From NCBI RefSeq assembly GCF_009914755.1, contig NC_060935.1: a DNA stretch of 64,000 bases; one strand, written 5' to 3'. Under the pieces are notes generated by a model. It saw only the letters and a program-made list of their open reading frames with translations. It had not been told where the DNA came from and made no database searches. The stretch comes from the human T2T-CHM13v2.0 reference genome, Homo sapiens. Below are positions 18,476 to 36,498 of this stretch, one piece after another. The translations under genes were made by a program, and so were the position numbers. How positions within the stretch are numbered: the stretch's first letter is position 1; each line of letters starts with the position of its first letter.

Positions 18476-19080
18476 TGCAACAATCCAAATATCCATTACC
18501 TGATGAATGGACAAACAAAATATGATACATTCATACAATGGCATATTACTCAATTATTAAAAGGAAGTATGATAGGCCGGGCGCGGTGGCTCACACCTGT
18601 AATCCCAGCACTTTGGGAGGCCGAAGCAGGTGGATCACCTGAGGTTGGGAGTTCGAGACCAGCCTGACCAACATGGAGAAACCCTGTCTCTACTAAAAAT
18701 ACAAAATTAGCTGGGCGTGGTGGTGCGTGTCCGTAATCCTAGCAACTCGGGAGGCTGAGGCAGAATTGCATGAATCCGGGAGGCAGAGGTTGCGGTGAGC
18801 TGAGATCGTGCCATTGCACTCCAGCCTGGTCAACAAGAGCAAAACTGTCTAAAAAAAAAAAAAAAGGAAGTATGATATATACCACAATAGAGATAAACCT
18901 TGAAAACATTATGCTAAGTGAAAGAAGCCAGGCACCAAAGATCATATATTTTATTCCATTTAGATGAAATGTACAGAATAGGCAAATCTATAGAGACAGA
19001 AAGGAGATTAGTGGTTGCTTAGAGTTTGGGAAGATGGGGAAAGTGAGGGATGATAACTAAAGAATATGAAGTTTCTAGTT
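18476..19080 (+). mobile_element. Old L1M 3' fragment interrupted by an Alu (18574-18864)
   Basis: CAATCCAAATATCCAT...GATGAATGGACAAACAAAATATG; Alu TSD AAAAGGAAGTATGATA. Confidence 0.75.
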
Positions 19081-19211
19081 AAGACTTGCATGGTTTACAC
19101 TGATTGATGGTGCTAAAGTTGTGTGCCTGCATCTTTGTTGCAAGGGAGACTGGGAATTTGAGTTCAATTTTTCTAAACTGAGAAATTTGCCACTTAAATA
19201 TGAAAATTTTA

Positions 19212-19530
19212 GGCCAGGCACAGTGGCTCATGCCTGTAATCCCAGCACTTTGGGAGGCCGAGGCAGGTGGATCACGAGTTCAGGAGTTCAAGACCAGCCT
19301 GGCCAAGATGGCGAAACCCCGTCTCTACTAAAAATACAAAAAATTAGCCGGGCGCGGTGGCAGGCGCCTGTAATCCCAGCTACTCGGGAGGCTGAGGCAG
19401 GAGAATCGCTTGAACCCGGAGGGGCGGAGGTTGCAGTGAGCCGAGATTGCGCCACTGTACTCCAGCCTGGGCAATAGAGTGAGTGAGACTCCATCTCAAA
19501 AAAAAGAAAAGAAAAAAAAGAAAAAAGAAA
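19212..19530 (+). mobile_element. AluS
   Basis: Alu consensus; TSD GAAAATTT. Confidence 0.92.
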
Positions 19531-20354
19531 ATTTCTCCTAACATAGAAACGTTAATCAAAAGACAATGGGCAGTCGTGACTATAGTCAGATGCCTACAAC
19601 AAGGACAAAGCATAGACTCCTAGAAAACCCAGCATCATAGGGGCCAACAGGGGAAGAGGATCCAGAGAAGAGTACAGAGAAGGCAAGGTAGCAGTATAGA
19701 TGGAAAGAAAATCCAAAAAGAAAAAAAAATCAGAAAGAGGATTAAATAATTTTAAGGAGGGAGTTATCAAGAGTGTTAGTATTATACATAGGTCAATCAA
19801 ATAAAGGCTGAGAATTATCCATTGGTGTTAGCCGTTAGGAGGTCATTCATATCTTTAGTATGACTAATTTCAGTGGGCTAAAATGGAAATGGGAGATGAT
19901 GACATGAAAACATACGGTATCTGAAGACCTGGGGATCTAATCTCAACATGTAGGTGTTGTAATAAACATCATCATTTTCAATCCTTGTAAAGCCTTATGA
20001 GGAAGGGACTATTATTACCCCCATTTTACAGATGAGCTAACAGACTTTGAGATGAAAGGTCACATAGGGGCAGCTCTGGGTTTCACAACCAGACTTGTCT
20101 GACATCAGAGTTAGAAAGAACTCAACCACTAGATCACACTGCCAATGCTTTATAATAGCTGTGGGTTTTAGGACAATCCCCAGAATTAGAGATTCTCAGA
20201 ATGGGAAGGGATTTGAACTGGGTTCCTTTTGGTTCTGATTCAGTGGTTTTCTTAGATCTGCAAAGCCAGAATATGTCTCTACCCTTGTCTGCTCATTATA
20301 TTATGTTTATTCCTCTTTTATATTTGGTTTTGAATCCATTTCTTCCTCTCTGAT

Positions 20355-20495
20355 TTCTTTTTATTTTTCTTTTTTAATAGAGGTAGGGTCTCACTATGTT
20401 GCCTAGGCTGGTCTTGAACTCCTGGGCTCAAGCGATCCTTCCACCTTGGCCTTTCAAAGTACTGAGATTACAGGTGTGATCCACTGTGCGCAGCC
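20355..20495 (-). mobile_element. FLAM / Alu left monomer
   Basis: Single-arm Alu homology. Confidence 0.8.
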
Positions 20496-20890
20496 TTTTT
20501 TCTTTTTTCTCTGAGGAATCACCAATTATCTCAACCTTGGTCCATTTGCTTTTATAAATGCTAACCTCAGCTCTGTCTCCAGGGTTGGTCAAGTCACTCA
20601 GACTTGTCCAGTTAGAACATGACATTCCTTTGGCCACTGTGATAAGTTCAGTGTATCAATCAAATTCAGGCCACTGTAAGTCCTATCCAAGACTTACATC
20701 ATACTATTGGGGAAGAGAAGTTCTATTTTCTGTCATAATTAAATCAGGGAATACATAGAGCTAGAGCTGTAGGAACCACCACATAGAGTGAGGGCTACAC
20801 TTTGGAGAGCAGATGCAGAAGGTGAAGAGATTTGGGGTCCCAATGACATTACTTGAGCCTTTTGATCAACCCTCATTTGAAGCCAGACTT

Positions 20891-21271
<381 letters not shown>

Positions 21272-21295
21272 GAAGCCAGACTTTTCATAATATAA

Positions 21296-21599
<304 letters not shown>

Positions 21600-21887
21600 A
21601 TGAATAATTTTTTTGTTTGTTTAAGTCAGTTTGAATGGAGTTTTCTCTCACTTCATACCAAGAAAGACTTAATGCACGGCTTATTACTGCCTACATGGTG
21701 TTTTCTCCCCCAGACGAATCTTAACTCCAATCCTGCCATATTTCTCTTTATGCTCTATTCTCATCAATGCCTAGGATGGTGTCTTGTACATAACATGTGC
21801 TCAGTAAATGTCTGATGGAGTTAATAGATTGAATGTGGGTTGATTCTGCAACATTCCCTAAAAGTTGCTTTAGAAAAGCCTTCTGTT

Positions 21888-22228
<341 letters not shown>

Positions 22229-23248
22229 TCACAAAAGTAATCTGTAGAAGAACTTCCAAATATTTGATCTTTCTGTTTGTTTGAATCCGCATTGAACGGA
22301 ACTTAGTGTAAATATGTACTTGGAATACTCACTACGTGCTCCAACAAAACAGATTGGAAGATGCAGAGTGGATTGCTCTATCAGTGGCTCAATCAAATGA
22401 AATGTTTACTTTCTGCCCTTTGAAAAAAAAACCTGTTTTTTTTCTCTGGAGCATGATTCCTTTCACACAAAGCTACTGACATCCTCTCAAATTAAAAAGG
22501 GGTAGAGAAATACGACATTTTTCTGTTTATTACTGTGAAAACGTGGCCTCAATTCTGTGCCAGAATGGCCATGAGCTCTTGCTGCCATGCCCCGTTTAGG
22601 AACACTGCTCTTTGGGCTGAGCTCATTAAACCTGAAAGACTCAGACAGACAGAAATACTTTTAGAACACACTGAAGAACAGTGTGAAATGATGTGTCATA
22701 GCTGTGAATGGCTGGAAAAATCCTGATTTGCTAGCATTAATAACTGCTGAAAACAAAAAGAAATAAGGAAACAAAAAACAACTGCTGAGATGGCTGTGTC
22801 ACATTGAAATAGGCAAGGAGAATCTTCTACCATATCTTGATGACAAAAAAACAGTGGAGGAAATGCAGTGAGTCGATTATATTAATATTTCACTTCATCA
22901 TAACTATAATGACAGCTGACCCTTACTGAGTACTTATTATATACTCAGTACACTCAGGCACTGTTCCAATCATTTTACACATATCAATAATGAGTAGCGA
23001 CTGTTATTATCCCCATTTTACAGATATGAAACTGAGGTATGACGTAATTACTTAACTTGCTTGAGGTCACACAGGTTGTAATGGAAGAGCGAGGATTTAT
23101 ACCAGATAGTCTTGATCTAAAGCTTCTGTTCTTAACCATGGTGCTTTACTGCTTCTCACAGTATTTGCACAGATAACTTAATAAGCTTGTAGGAATGTAG
23201 GAATACAACCTTTGGGAAAGTCATCTTGCAACACCTGTTAAAATTTAA

Positions 23249-23940
<692 letters not shown>

Positions 23941-24596
23941 TAAAGGATGTACATACAAGAATGTTTATTGTGATATTGTTGATGGTAACTGGAAAATCCT
24001 GATGTCCATCAATAAAGGTTGAATTAGCAGCAAAACAATTATATTTGGCAGGTTTATTTTCAGTGAATTGGATCTAGATCTATTGACCTGGAAATATATC
24101 CATGGTGTACCATCAAATGAGGAAAGTAAATAGGAAGTTTATGGAATGTGATTCACTTTTATCAAACAATAAACAAATTATACATATATACATTTGTATG
24201 TGGTTTCATGAGAATTGAGTGGAATTAGGATACATTGGGCAGAGAGTATTTGGAGGTGGTTAGGGGAAAGAAGTGGGCACAAAAAAGGTAAGAAAGACTA
24301 AAACAACACAGAACAATAGACATGGAATAATGTCAAATGAAAATGTCAAATATAAAATTCTACAGTGTTATTGCAAATATGTAGTAATTGAGTGTGCATT
24401 TAAGAAAAGCTAGACAATAGCAAGAACAAATGTTAAACATTAATTTGATTAAAAGGTTATTTTGTGAGAAAACTTTTTCTTGGATTTTGCTTATTTTTTA
24501 ACATATGAACCATTAGTAGGGGGAAAAAGATTACAAATCATTTTAGGAGATGACTAAGTCTGGAACTCACAGGTGAAATTAAGGTGAAATTTTAAG

Positions 24597-24937
24597 GGCT
24601 GGGCACAGTGGCTCACATCTGCAATCCCAGTGCTTTGGGAGGTGAGAAGATCACTTGAGGCCAGGAGTTTGAGGCTAGCCAGAGTAACATAATGAGACCC
24701 CATCTCTACCAAAAAAAAAAAAAAAAAAAAATTAGCTGGGAATGGTGATGTGTACCTGTAGTCCTATTTATATGGGAGACTGAGGTGGCAGGTGGGTAGG
24801 GGGGAATAAGTGGGCACAAAAAAGGTAAGAAAGGGTAAGTGAGCCTAGGAGTTTGAGGTTACAGTGAGCTATCATTATGCCACTGCACTCCAGCCTGTGA
24901 GACAGAGCAAGAATCTATCTCTAAAAAGAAAAAAAAA
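24597..24937 (+). mobile_element. AluJ with a ~50-bp non-Alu insertion
   Basis: Diverged Alu; TSD TGAAATT; insertion 24790-24839. Confidence 0.85.
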
Positions 24938-25404
24938 TGAAATTAAGTACTGTGGTCAATTTATTGCAATGTGAACATGGGCTCTGTGAAGTGTTATGGA
25001 GGTAGCTTTGCCAAACCTCATGGCTAAGAGCCCAGGAGGAAAAAGTCAAAGCAGCACTGAGATGATATGAGACCGATTTCCACATTCCTGATCTGTGACT
25101 TGTTTGGCCCCAAATCACAGCTGCCTTGAACCTATATATTTATTTGGGTGCCCACTAGCAATTTGAGAGCTTTGGAAACTACTTATCCCCATTACAAAAT
25201 ATTGGGCATCCACCATCCAGCTGTTCAACTAGCAACAGTTGTGTGCCTACCATGTGCCAAGCCATATACCAGGGGGTCCTTCTATGGTAAGGCTGCTTCT
25301 ATCACAGAAGATAAATATATTCTCCTCTTCCTCCCATAAACTTTATCTATGCATAAGCATGCTCACTTACCCTGCTCACTATGCAAAACAGAAAGGAAAC
25401 GGAT

Positions 25405-26935
<1,531 letters not shown>

Positions 26936-26944
26936 GAACATCAG

Positions 26945-28138
26945 AGTACACAAGCAACAAAAGCAAAAATAAATAAGTGGGACTATATCAAACTAAAAAT
27001 CTGCACAAGCAAAGGAAACAATCAGCAGAATGAAAAGGCAACCTATGGAATGGGAGAAAACATTTGTAAACCATATATCTGATAAGGGGTTAATACACAA
27101 AATATATAAAGAATTCATAAAACTCAGTAGCAAAAACCAATGATCCAATTAAAAAATGGACAAAGGGCCTCAGTAGGCACTTGCCCAAAGCAGACATACA
27201 AATGACCCACAGGTACATGAAAAGGTGCTCAACATCACTAACCATCAGGGAATTGCAAATCAAAACCACAATGAGATATAATCTCACACCAGTTAGAATG
27301 GCTATCATCAAAAAGATAAAATATATCGAATGTTGGTAAGGATGTGGAGAAAAGGGAATCCTTCTCCACTCTTGATGGGAATGTAAATTGGTACAGCCAT
27401 TATGGAAAACAGTATGGAGGTTTCTCAGAAAATTAAAAATGAAACTACCATATGACCCAACAATCTCACTCCTGGGTATATATTCAAAGGAAATGAAATC
27501 AATATCTCGAAGAGAATCTGCACGCCCATCTTCACTCTAGCATTATTTATAGTAGCCACAACACTAAAACAACCTAAGTGTCTATTGATAGATGAATGGG
27601 TAAAGAAATTGTGTTATGTATAGACAAACGGAATATTATTCAGCCTTAAAAAGAAAGAAATACCATAATTTGCAACATAGATGAACCTTGAAGGCATTAT
27701 GCTAAGCGAAACAAACCAGACAGACAAAGCCAAATACTGTATTATCTTACTTATGTATAGAATCTAAAAAAGTTAAACCCATAGAAACAAAGAGTAGAAT
27801 GGTGGTCGCCAGGGGCTGGGGGCAGGGGAAATGGGGAAATGTTGGTCAAAGGGAACAAAGTTTCAGTTATAAGATGAATAAGTTCTGGGGACCTAACGTA
27901 TAGCTTGGTGACTGTAGTTACCATGCAATACTATACACTTGAAATTGTTGAGAGATCTTAAATATTCTTACCCACCCACCCCCATGAACACATACATACA
28001 TGTAAGTTCACTAGTGAAGTGATAGGTGTGTTAACTAACTTGATTGTGGTAATCATTTCACAATATACATATATCAAATTATCACATTTATACTTTAAAT
28101 TTATAAAATTTTGTCAATTATATCTCAAAGCTAGAAAA
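26945..28138 (+). mobile_element. L1MA-type ORF2 3' end and 3'UTR
   Basis: TGGGACTATATCAAACTAAAA, ATGAAAAGGTGCTCAACATCACTAACCATCAGGGAATTGCAAATCAAAACCACAATGAG, typical 3'UTR. Confidence 0.88.
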
Positions 28139-28159
28139 CTTTTTTTTTAAAAAAGGAAC

Positions 28160-28265
28160 TGTGAGGAGATGGATATATTAATTTGCTTGACTGTAGTAAT
28201 CATTTCACTATGCATATGTATATCAAAGTATATTATATCCCTTAAGTATATACAAAAAAAAAAAA
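28160..28265 (+). mobile_element. Second, ~100-bp L1MA 3' terminus with polyA
   Basis: GATGGATATATTAATTTGCTTGACTGTAGTAATCATTTCACTATG; flanked by AAAAGGAACT / AAAAGAACT. Confidence 0.6.
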
Positions 28266-28285
28266 GAACTATTTAACATGAAAAA

Positions 28286-28612
<327 letters not shown>

Positions 28613-28692
28613 TCAAAGTGTGAGGGTCATTGGTACTGGATTGTAGTATATTTAAGTATGAACACAGGGAAGCTGCAAAAGGATGCAGAGTG

Positions 28693-28986
28693 AGGTGGGG
28701 CATGGTGGCTCACACTTGTAATCCCAGCATTCTGAGAGGTTGAAGCAGGTGGATCACTTGAGGTCAGGAGTTCGAGACCACCCGGCCAACATGGTGAACT
28801 CCCGTCTCTACTAAAAATTACACAAATTAGCTGAGCATGGTGGCGCACACCTATAGTCCCAGTTACTCAGGAGTCTGAGGCAGGAGAATTGCTTGAACCT
28901 GGGAGGCAGAACCGAGATCATGTCACTGCACTCCAGCCTGGGTAACAGAGTGAGGCTCCGTCTCAAAAAAAAAAATAATAATAATA
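28693..28986 (+). mobile_element. AluS with short internal deletion
   Basis: TSD AAAAGGATGCAGAGTG. Confidence 0.9.
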
Positions 28987-31857
28987 AAAGGATGCAGAGT
29001 GGAGTTTGGTGATGAAGGAAATAATAGTGACAGCTAACATTTGTTAAGTGCTTACTTTGTGTCAGGTTTAGTGTCTGACACATAACATCTAATTTTATGA
29101 ACCATGTACAATTGTTGTCCCCTTTTATACACCAGAAACACGCTTGGAACTTAAGTGAGTTGCTAAAGATCACAGAACAAATAGGTTGCAAAACATGACT
29201 CAGACCTAGTGTTGACTGACCCAGGCCCAAGATCTTCACAGCCACATTGAGGCCAGAGAAGGTAGGGCTGAGAATATTCTTGTTTATATGGTTAAAAGAT
29301 TATAAAAGGAAAGCTTCTTAATGTAATGATAGATTTAGTTTTTTAATAATAAAAATCACACACACAAAATCACATGGGACTATTTTCCTCAAATTGCCAC
29401 TCTGTCTCATGTCTGGAATCAAATAATAATGAATGACTCCAATTCTTTCAATATTAAAACTTTTCACTCAACCAGCTAGCCGGTCAGTCATTAACACTTG
29501 CTGAGCATACACAGTACAGGATGGTATATTTGAAGTGAAATTAAAACATCAGTCTCAACTTCCTGGACCCTCGAGGAAAAGCAGCTGGTGAAATAGAGAG
29601 GAAAAGAGACTTCTAGATCTACCTTGGTGTTTCTGACTGGTGCTGGGGAGAGCCCAGAAAGATTTTAAGGTTACAGTGGCCCTTCAGTGATTCAGGTCCA
29701 TCCTTGTTTCCCAATGGCATCTAGCCTCAGTCAGAAAGCTTTGCTGAGCCCAGTGCTCTGCAGACAGCCCTTCCCTTATGGCAAGTGCCTCTCTGGGGCC
29801 CTTGTTCTTCTTTCCTGCTGATAATTCTCAGTGAGTACCATATCAATCCATTTGAGGACCAGTAACCTAGGACCTCAAAGATAAAGGGTCAAAGCCTCTT
29901 TTCCTTTTCTTTTTTCAGGGCAGCTTCCTTGCAGAACTCCAGGGGTACCATCCACATTGTGCCTCTCAGAATATGTCCATCACAATCTATTACAATATGG
30001 ATGATGTCCCCTGAAGTTGTGCAGCTTAGCACTGAACAGATATTTCAAGACCAAGTCATCGTATTATTCCCTTCTTCCAAGGCAGTAGGTCTCTTGTAGT
30101 ATTGTAATTCACTCAAGTGACTCTTGCAAAATAAAGATCTATTCAAATGTGATTTTCCAAAGCTGTTTTTTTAAATAAAATTCATTTTCTGCTCCTCCAA
30201 GTGCCTCATTACACAAATAATAATAGCTATCATTTATTCAGCAGACATGGTACTAATGCTTTACATGCATTATCTCATCTCTGTTGCAGAAGAATTTGAG
30301 TATAATAGTGGAGCTAAAAAAATACAGAAATTATAGTATAAAGTGGAATGTGAAAAAGATCACATGAGTGAGGTAAGTGCAAAGCACCAGGGGAACTCAG
30401 AGGAGGGGGGATTATTTCCAACCAGAGAAGCTGATACAGCCAACATTCAACAAATAATTATTGTGTGCCTGTTACATCTTTGTCTCAAGAATCTCACATT
30501 CCATTGAGAAAAGGACAAGGAAACACATCATCTCAATAGTGAGATGTCATTTGATGACTGCAATCAAGCCATCGAGGCAGGCTCTTTGGAAGAGGCAGTA
30601 CATGAACTATAGGCACTGAAGGTTTGGGGGACTTCTGAATAGACCAGGATGGGGATCCCTGATATCTCAAGGATTGTACCTGGATCTCATTACACTAGCC
30701 CCATCCTCTAGAAGAGAGGGAGAGAAACAAGGAGTTGTTCTCCATTCATTTCTCCACTCATTTCTCCTCTGAGGTCCCAATTTTGAAGACTTTAATGGTA
30801 ACCAGTCCTTCCCCTCTGTACAACTGGCTTTTCTCCCACTGCAGATTGCACTGCACTTTGCTTAACTCCATTCGGTTTGTGACCTCCTCTCCAATTTACC
30901 AGTTCTGATTCACATGCTCCATCTTTATCCCACAGAAAAGAAACAGCCGGCTTTTGGACTTCCAAACCTCCTGGAAAAAAGCCAAGCTCCCATAAACTCC
31001 AGAATATGATTGTGTGAATTAAAATGTTCACATGATATCAACCATGCAGTTACTCCCAAGTTTATTTTGGAAAATATTACATTTGGAAAATGGGAAGCAT
31101 TCCAGAGCATTCCCTTACCTTGAAATATCAGTAGACACAAGGGTATTTTGAGATCATTTCTTTCTCAAAAGTTAGCGAAGAATCTGTACAATTAGACACA
31201 TAAAATTGCCTTAAATAACATTAGTTAAGGACTCTGGGGCTTAAAAATTTCTATAGAGTATTTGTTGAGAAATTTGGGACAAAAGGCTATAATTTTAACT
31301 CAGTGAAGCAAACTTTCATAATGCCTTTGAGTTAACTCCCAGTTGGCTTTTATTGCACATTTCACTTCCAATCATTGATGATTAGACCTTGGTCAGTTGC
31401 ATGTTTCCCAAAATCTTACATGCTTCAAACTCTATGCCTCTGGCTATAAGAGGCAAAAGAGTTTAGAGTCCTAGCGAGAACTGTATCCAAACCCTAACAG
31501 CCCAGGCATCCAAGGGCCCAAGGGGCCTATACGTTTCTCCCCTACTCTCCTCTTCCATCCTTTTCTTCTCAGCTTGGTTTTGGAGTGCTAAAGCCACAAG
31601 AGGAGAGGTTCTACAAGGTCAGATGTCACAGGGAGATCTTATTGATGCACCTCTTTCTCTAATGCAGCCCAATTCCCAGTGCCTGTGATGTATTTGCAGT
31701 GGCTACAGTACAAATGAGATTGGAGGGCCTTGAGAAAAGAGGCCTAGAATGATAAACAGGTTATAGTCCTTGTATATTTATTCTGGCTTTGAAATATGAA
31801 AAGGCCTGAAACTCAATATTGTCCATTATATCATTTATGAAAAAGAAAACCCAATGC

Positions 31858-31867
31858 GTGTGTGTGT

Positions 31868-31908
<41 letters not shown>
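31858..31908. repeat. (TG)n microsatellite
   Basis: About 25 TG units with one interruption. Confidence 0.95.
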
Positions 31909-31913
<5 letters not shown>

Positions 31914-32013
31914 GCATAAAGAAAATGGTTACCTTTTGGGAAAGAAAGGGTAATTAGACAAGAGTAAAGGCAGACTCTTAAGTGTATATATAGAGAGATA
32001 GATAAACACACAC

Positions 32014-32305
32014 TTTTTTTTTTTTTTGAGACAGAGTCTTGCTCTGTCACCAGGCTAGAGTACAATGGTGCAATCACGGCTCACTGCAACCTCTGACTCC
32101 CTGGTTCAAGTGATACTCCTGCCTCAGCCTCCTGAGTAGCTGGGATTACAGGCGTGCACCACCACACCCAGCTAATTTTGTATTTTTAGTAGAGATTGCA
32201 TTTCACCATGTTGGTCAGGCTGGTCTCAAACTCCTGACCTCAGATGATCTGCCCGCCTCAGCCTCCCAAAGTGCTGGGATTACAGGTGTGAGCCACCACA
32301 CCTGG
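32014..32305 (-). mobile_element. AluS
   Basis: Alu consensus. Confidence 0.9.
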
Positions 32306-32478
32306 AGGTTAAGTTTCTTAAACCCTCCAAGTCTCAATTTTCTCATCCATAAAATGATTTGTTATAAGAATGAGGGGTAAATGCTAATAACATAGGCAAA
32401 CACCTAAAACAGTGTTTAATGCAATACAATGGTAATTATTATTGGTACTTTTATCATCATTATTGGTTCTTTCTATAA

Positions 32479-32796
<318 letters not shown>

Positions 32797-33454
32797 TCTT
32801 CTTACCTTTTTCTGTTGCTGTTTGTTTCCAAAACCTCTTCGAAATGCATTATCTTCTTGTGTTATCAATTCTCCTCAGCTTCTAATCATCAATCACTTTA
32901 TGGTAAAGATACAAAACATCTAAATAAAAATAATTTTTAAATTCAATTGTACTTTCCCATTTTACAAAAAAAAAAGTGTTACACAGCATGTGTGCCTTCT
33001 GTGATTTGTACTGGGATAGAACCCGGATTTTGTCTTTACCTGGAATACAAAGATGATTATTGAAATGCAGGCTCCAAGGAGCTCCTAGTCCAGTGGAAAT
33101 GATAGATAGCAGATATTGCTAAGTACTTGTTCAGAGATGTCTGAAACTGCCTTTCTTTCTCATTGCTGTGTGGGAGACTGTCATACTCCCTTATTAGGTA
33201 TGGCATTTAGGCAGGAAACTTCAATTGGAAGTAAAACCCCCTGATTTCTGAGAGCAGTCAGAGGGTAGCTCCTGCCTGCCTTCCCAGCTAATTGCCTTCC
33301 ATTAAGATAGTGAGTGGGTACAGGACAGGGAAAGGAGACAAGTAACTAAAGATAAGCATGAGGAATTAGGAGCAGAGGATGCCAGGGAGTGAAGAAGAGG
33401 AAGCAGTGTAATTAAAAGAGGCAGTAGAGGGATGTTGGCGGGACTAAGCAAAAT

Positions 33455-33690
33455 GACTGAGGGTCCAGGCTCTGGAATCAAAATGCTTGGGTTCATATCC
33501 AGCTCCTTTACCTATGAAGTCTTTGACCCTAGACAATCCTCTTGATCATGAGTATCTCTGTTTTCCTTATCTGTAAAACGGGGGTCATAAATTACTATCT
33601 TCATAGGGTTGTTGTGAGAATTAAATGAGATAATAGATATAGAACAGACAGAGCCTGGGATACAGTAAATGCTTAACAAATATTGACCCG
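33455..33690 (+). mobile_element. MIR (representative; others near 810-930, 14320-14430, 19980-20140, 22910-23150, 29025-29240, 57990-58160, 63755-63880)
   Basis: TTTTCCTTATCTGTAAAACGGGG...TCATAGGGTTGTTGTGAGAATTAAATGAGATAAT core. Confidence 0.75.
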
Positions 33691-34075
33691 CTTTATGTTA
33701 GTGGAAGATGTCTAGGGTGATGCTCATTGTTTTGGGCATAGTTAGCCAGGTAAGACAGCCCTCTAGGAGAACCTGTGTGACTCAGCCACATGGAGGACAC
33801 AGACAACAAGCTGCCTGCATAGCTCTTTGCCTTCCACCTCCAAGAGAGGAGGAGAGTTGTTTGCCTTGCTTCTTGCTCTACCCACAGCAGCTAGAATAGT
33901 GTCACTCACTGTGCAGATACTTAGTAGATACTTATTGAATTAGTGATATATGAATGCATACCTAGAAAGGGTTTAATGCCTTATCCATCAGGAAAACTGC
34001 TACTATTTCTTCGAGGCATAATTAAAATTATTTGAACTCCTCTCATCTATCCCTCCAGAACCCCCAGAAAGTTAG

Positions 34076-34405
<330 letters not shown>

Positions 34406-36173
34406 TATTTACCCATATATCTTACATTATACTTTTATTTTAATTTCCATACATATCTTCCCTATTAGATAGGAAATCACAGAGGCACAGATTGTCTTTT
34501 AACCTTTGACACAAGAATGCCTTGCAAGGAACTAAACATAAGTTTTGTCTCCTCTGCTTTGGGAGGCCTTGGGGCATGAATTATTGAGACACAAAAGCTA
34601 ATTGCCTCTCAGGAGGTGATAGATGGGAATCCTGGAATTTGGAGTTTGGGATTCATGGCAAGCTTTCTAAATCCTATTGCCAAGGAAGGAGCTTTTGTGT
34701 CTAAAGGTCAACAGAAAACTGCTGCCAGGAGAGGTGGCCCTGGAGACCACCTAGATAGTCACTTTAGCTGAGGGCATGAAAGGGCCTTTTGTCTGTGAGA
34801 AATATGAATATAGCACTTTTGTATTTTTACAGTTGAAATGGAAAGTGGGCTGGCCTCTGGTTTTGCAGTCTGCGAGGTGCTAACACTTCAGCCAGTCTGA
34901 GTGAAGGTGGGGTGATGGTGGGGATTGAAGGGGAATGGTTTTATGTGATGCAAAGGACTGAGCACTAAATGCTGCAGACTGGGAGATCCAGCAAGGGACA
35001 TTCTCTGTTGATCATGGCATCAAAAGAATGGAGTCTCTCATGAAGACACCTTCCATCAAAGTACCACACTAGCTGATGTAGTAAACTGGATCAGCAGCAG
35101 TGTCTGACACTGAGCTGCTGCAGGGCCTGGCTGACAGTGGAAGGCCAACTTTCAACAGCAACACTATGAGGCATGCAGGAAAAGCAGTGGGTGCTTGGAT
35201 ATCAGGGCTTACCTTAACTTGAAGCAGAAATCAAATGGATCTCCCAGTTGGAATGTGTATACCCTCCAGGGTTCTCAGAAGAGCTAGAAGAAGGGAAAGG
35301 GGTCCTAAAAAAGAGACAAACCTAACATCAGGGGACTCAAGTCACTTTTCATTTAAATAGGAAAATTGTATATGCTGTCATAATTCTACCTTGAGTGTTG
35401 AGGAGTTGACACCAGCTACATGTCAGTGGATCGACTTTGGTTTCCACCATACTACTTGGCACATGATGGGGTTCATTACCTGGTTGGAGTACTAACAAAT
35501 GGATACATGGAATGTGGCTATAAAATGATCAATAAGATTTCCACAAATTCGATTGGGAACCCATTTCGGTTTTCTTTTATATTCTGCAAACCCATGAAAC
35601 AGGTTACTAAGATACAAAGACTGTGTTTTATGGTGTGCTCCATATACATATACCCAGTCTACCTGGACGCACCAGATGGTGATTAAAGAGGAGGTCAGGT
35701 TTACCTTGTAATGTCCAAATTACTGTGGCTCAAACTTTCATCTCATCTAATGACAGAAAATCCTATCTTTTATGAGGCCCTCTCCACAAGTAGGTCTTTG
35801 TACCTCCCAGTCAGTCCCATGTTCCACAAACCCATACTGCCCTAGCTGTCCCTGTGGTGGCAGATTGCTCATCGTAGCTCCACCACTGTCACCCCTCATC
35901 TCCCACAACCTCAGGATTGATGCCACTGCAGCTATGCTGGTCTCAGGGGGAGAAAGGCTTTTCTTCCCTTTACTAGATGATCCCAAAGGTGGACACAGAC
36001 CCTTTAATTTCCCACAGCATGACGAAGACCAAACTGCAATATGTATCATTATTTTGCAGAACGTTTAAGGATATGAGAAAGGAATTATAAAACTGACAAA
36101 CAAAAATGTCTACTAATTCTGAATGTTCTCAGAGTCCACAAGCTAGAGCATAGGCTGCCTTGGGCTCTTAAAG

Positions 36174-36498
36174 CAGCAGTCCCCAACCGTTTTAGTACCA
36201 GGGACCGGTTTTGAAGAAGACAATTTTTCCATGAATGGTGGTGGGAGAGGGTTTTGGGATGAAACTGTTCCACCTCAGATCATTAGGCATTAGATTCTCA
36301 TAAGGGGCCCGCAACCTAGATCCCTATCATGCACAGTTCACAATGGGGTTCCAGCTCCTACGCTGCTGCTGATCTGACAGGTGGTGGAGCTCAGGTGGTA
36401 ATGCTTGCTTGCCTGCCGCTCACTTCCTGCTGTGCAGCCTGGTTTCTAATGGGCCACGAACTGCTACTGGTCCACAGCCCAGGAGTTGGGGACCCCTG
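36174..36498. mobile_element. MER1B (hAT-Charlie MITE)
   Basis: Terminal inverted repeats CAGCAGTCCCCAAC...GTTGGGGACCCCTG; diagnostic GGGATGAAACTGTTCCACCTCAGATCA core. Confidence 0.88.
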
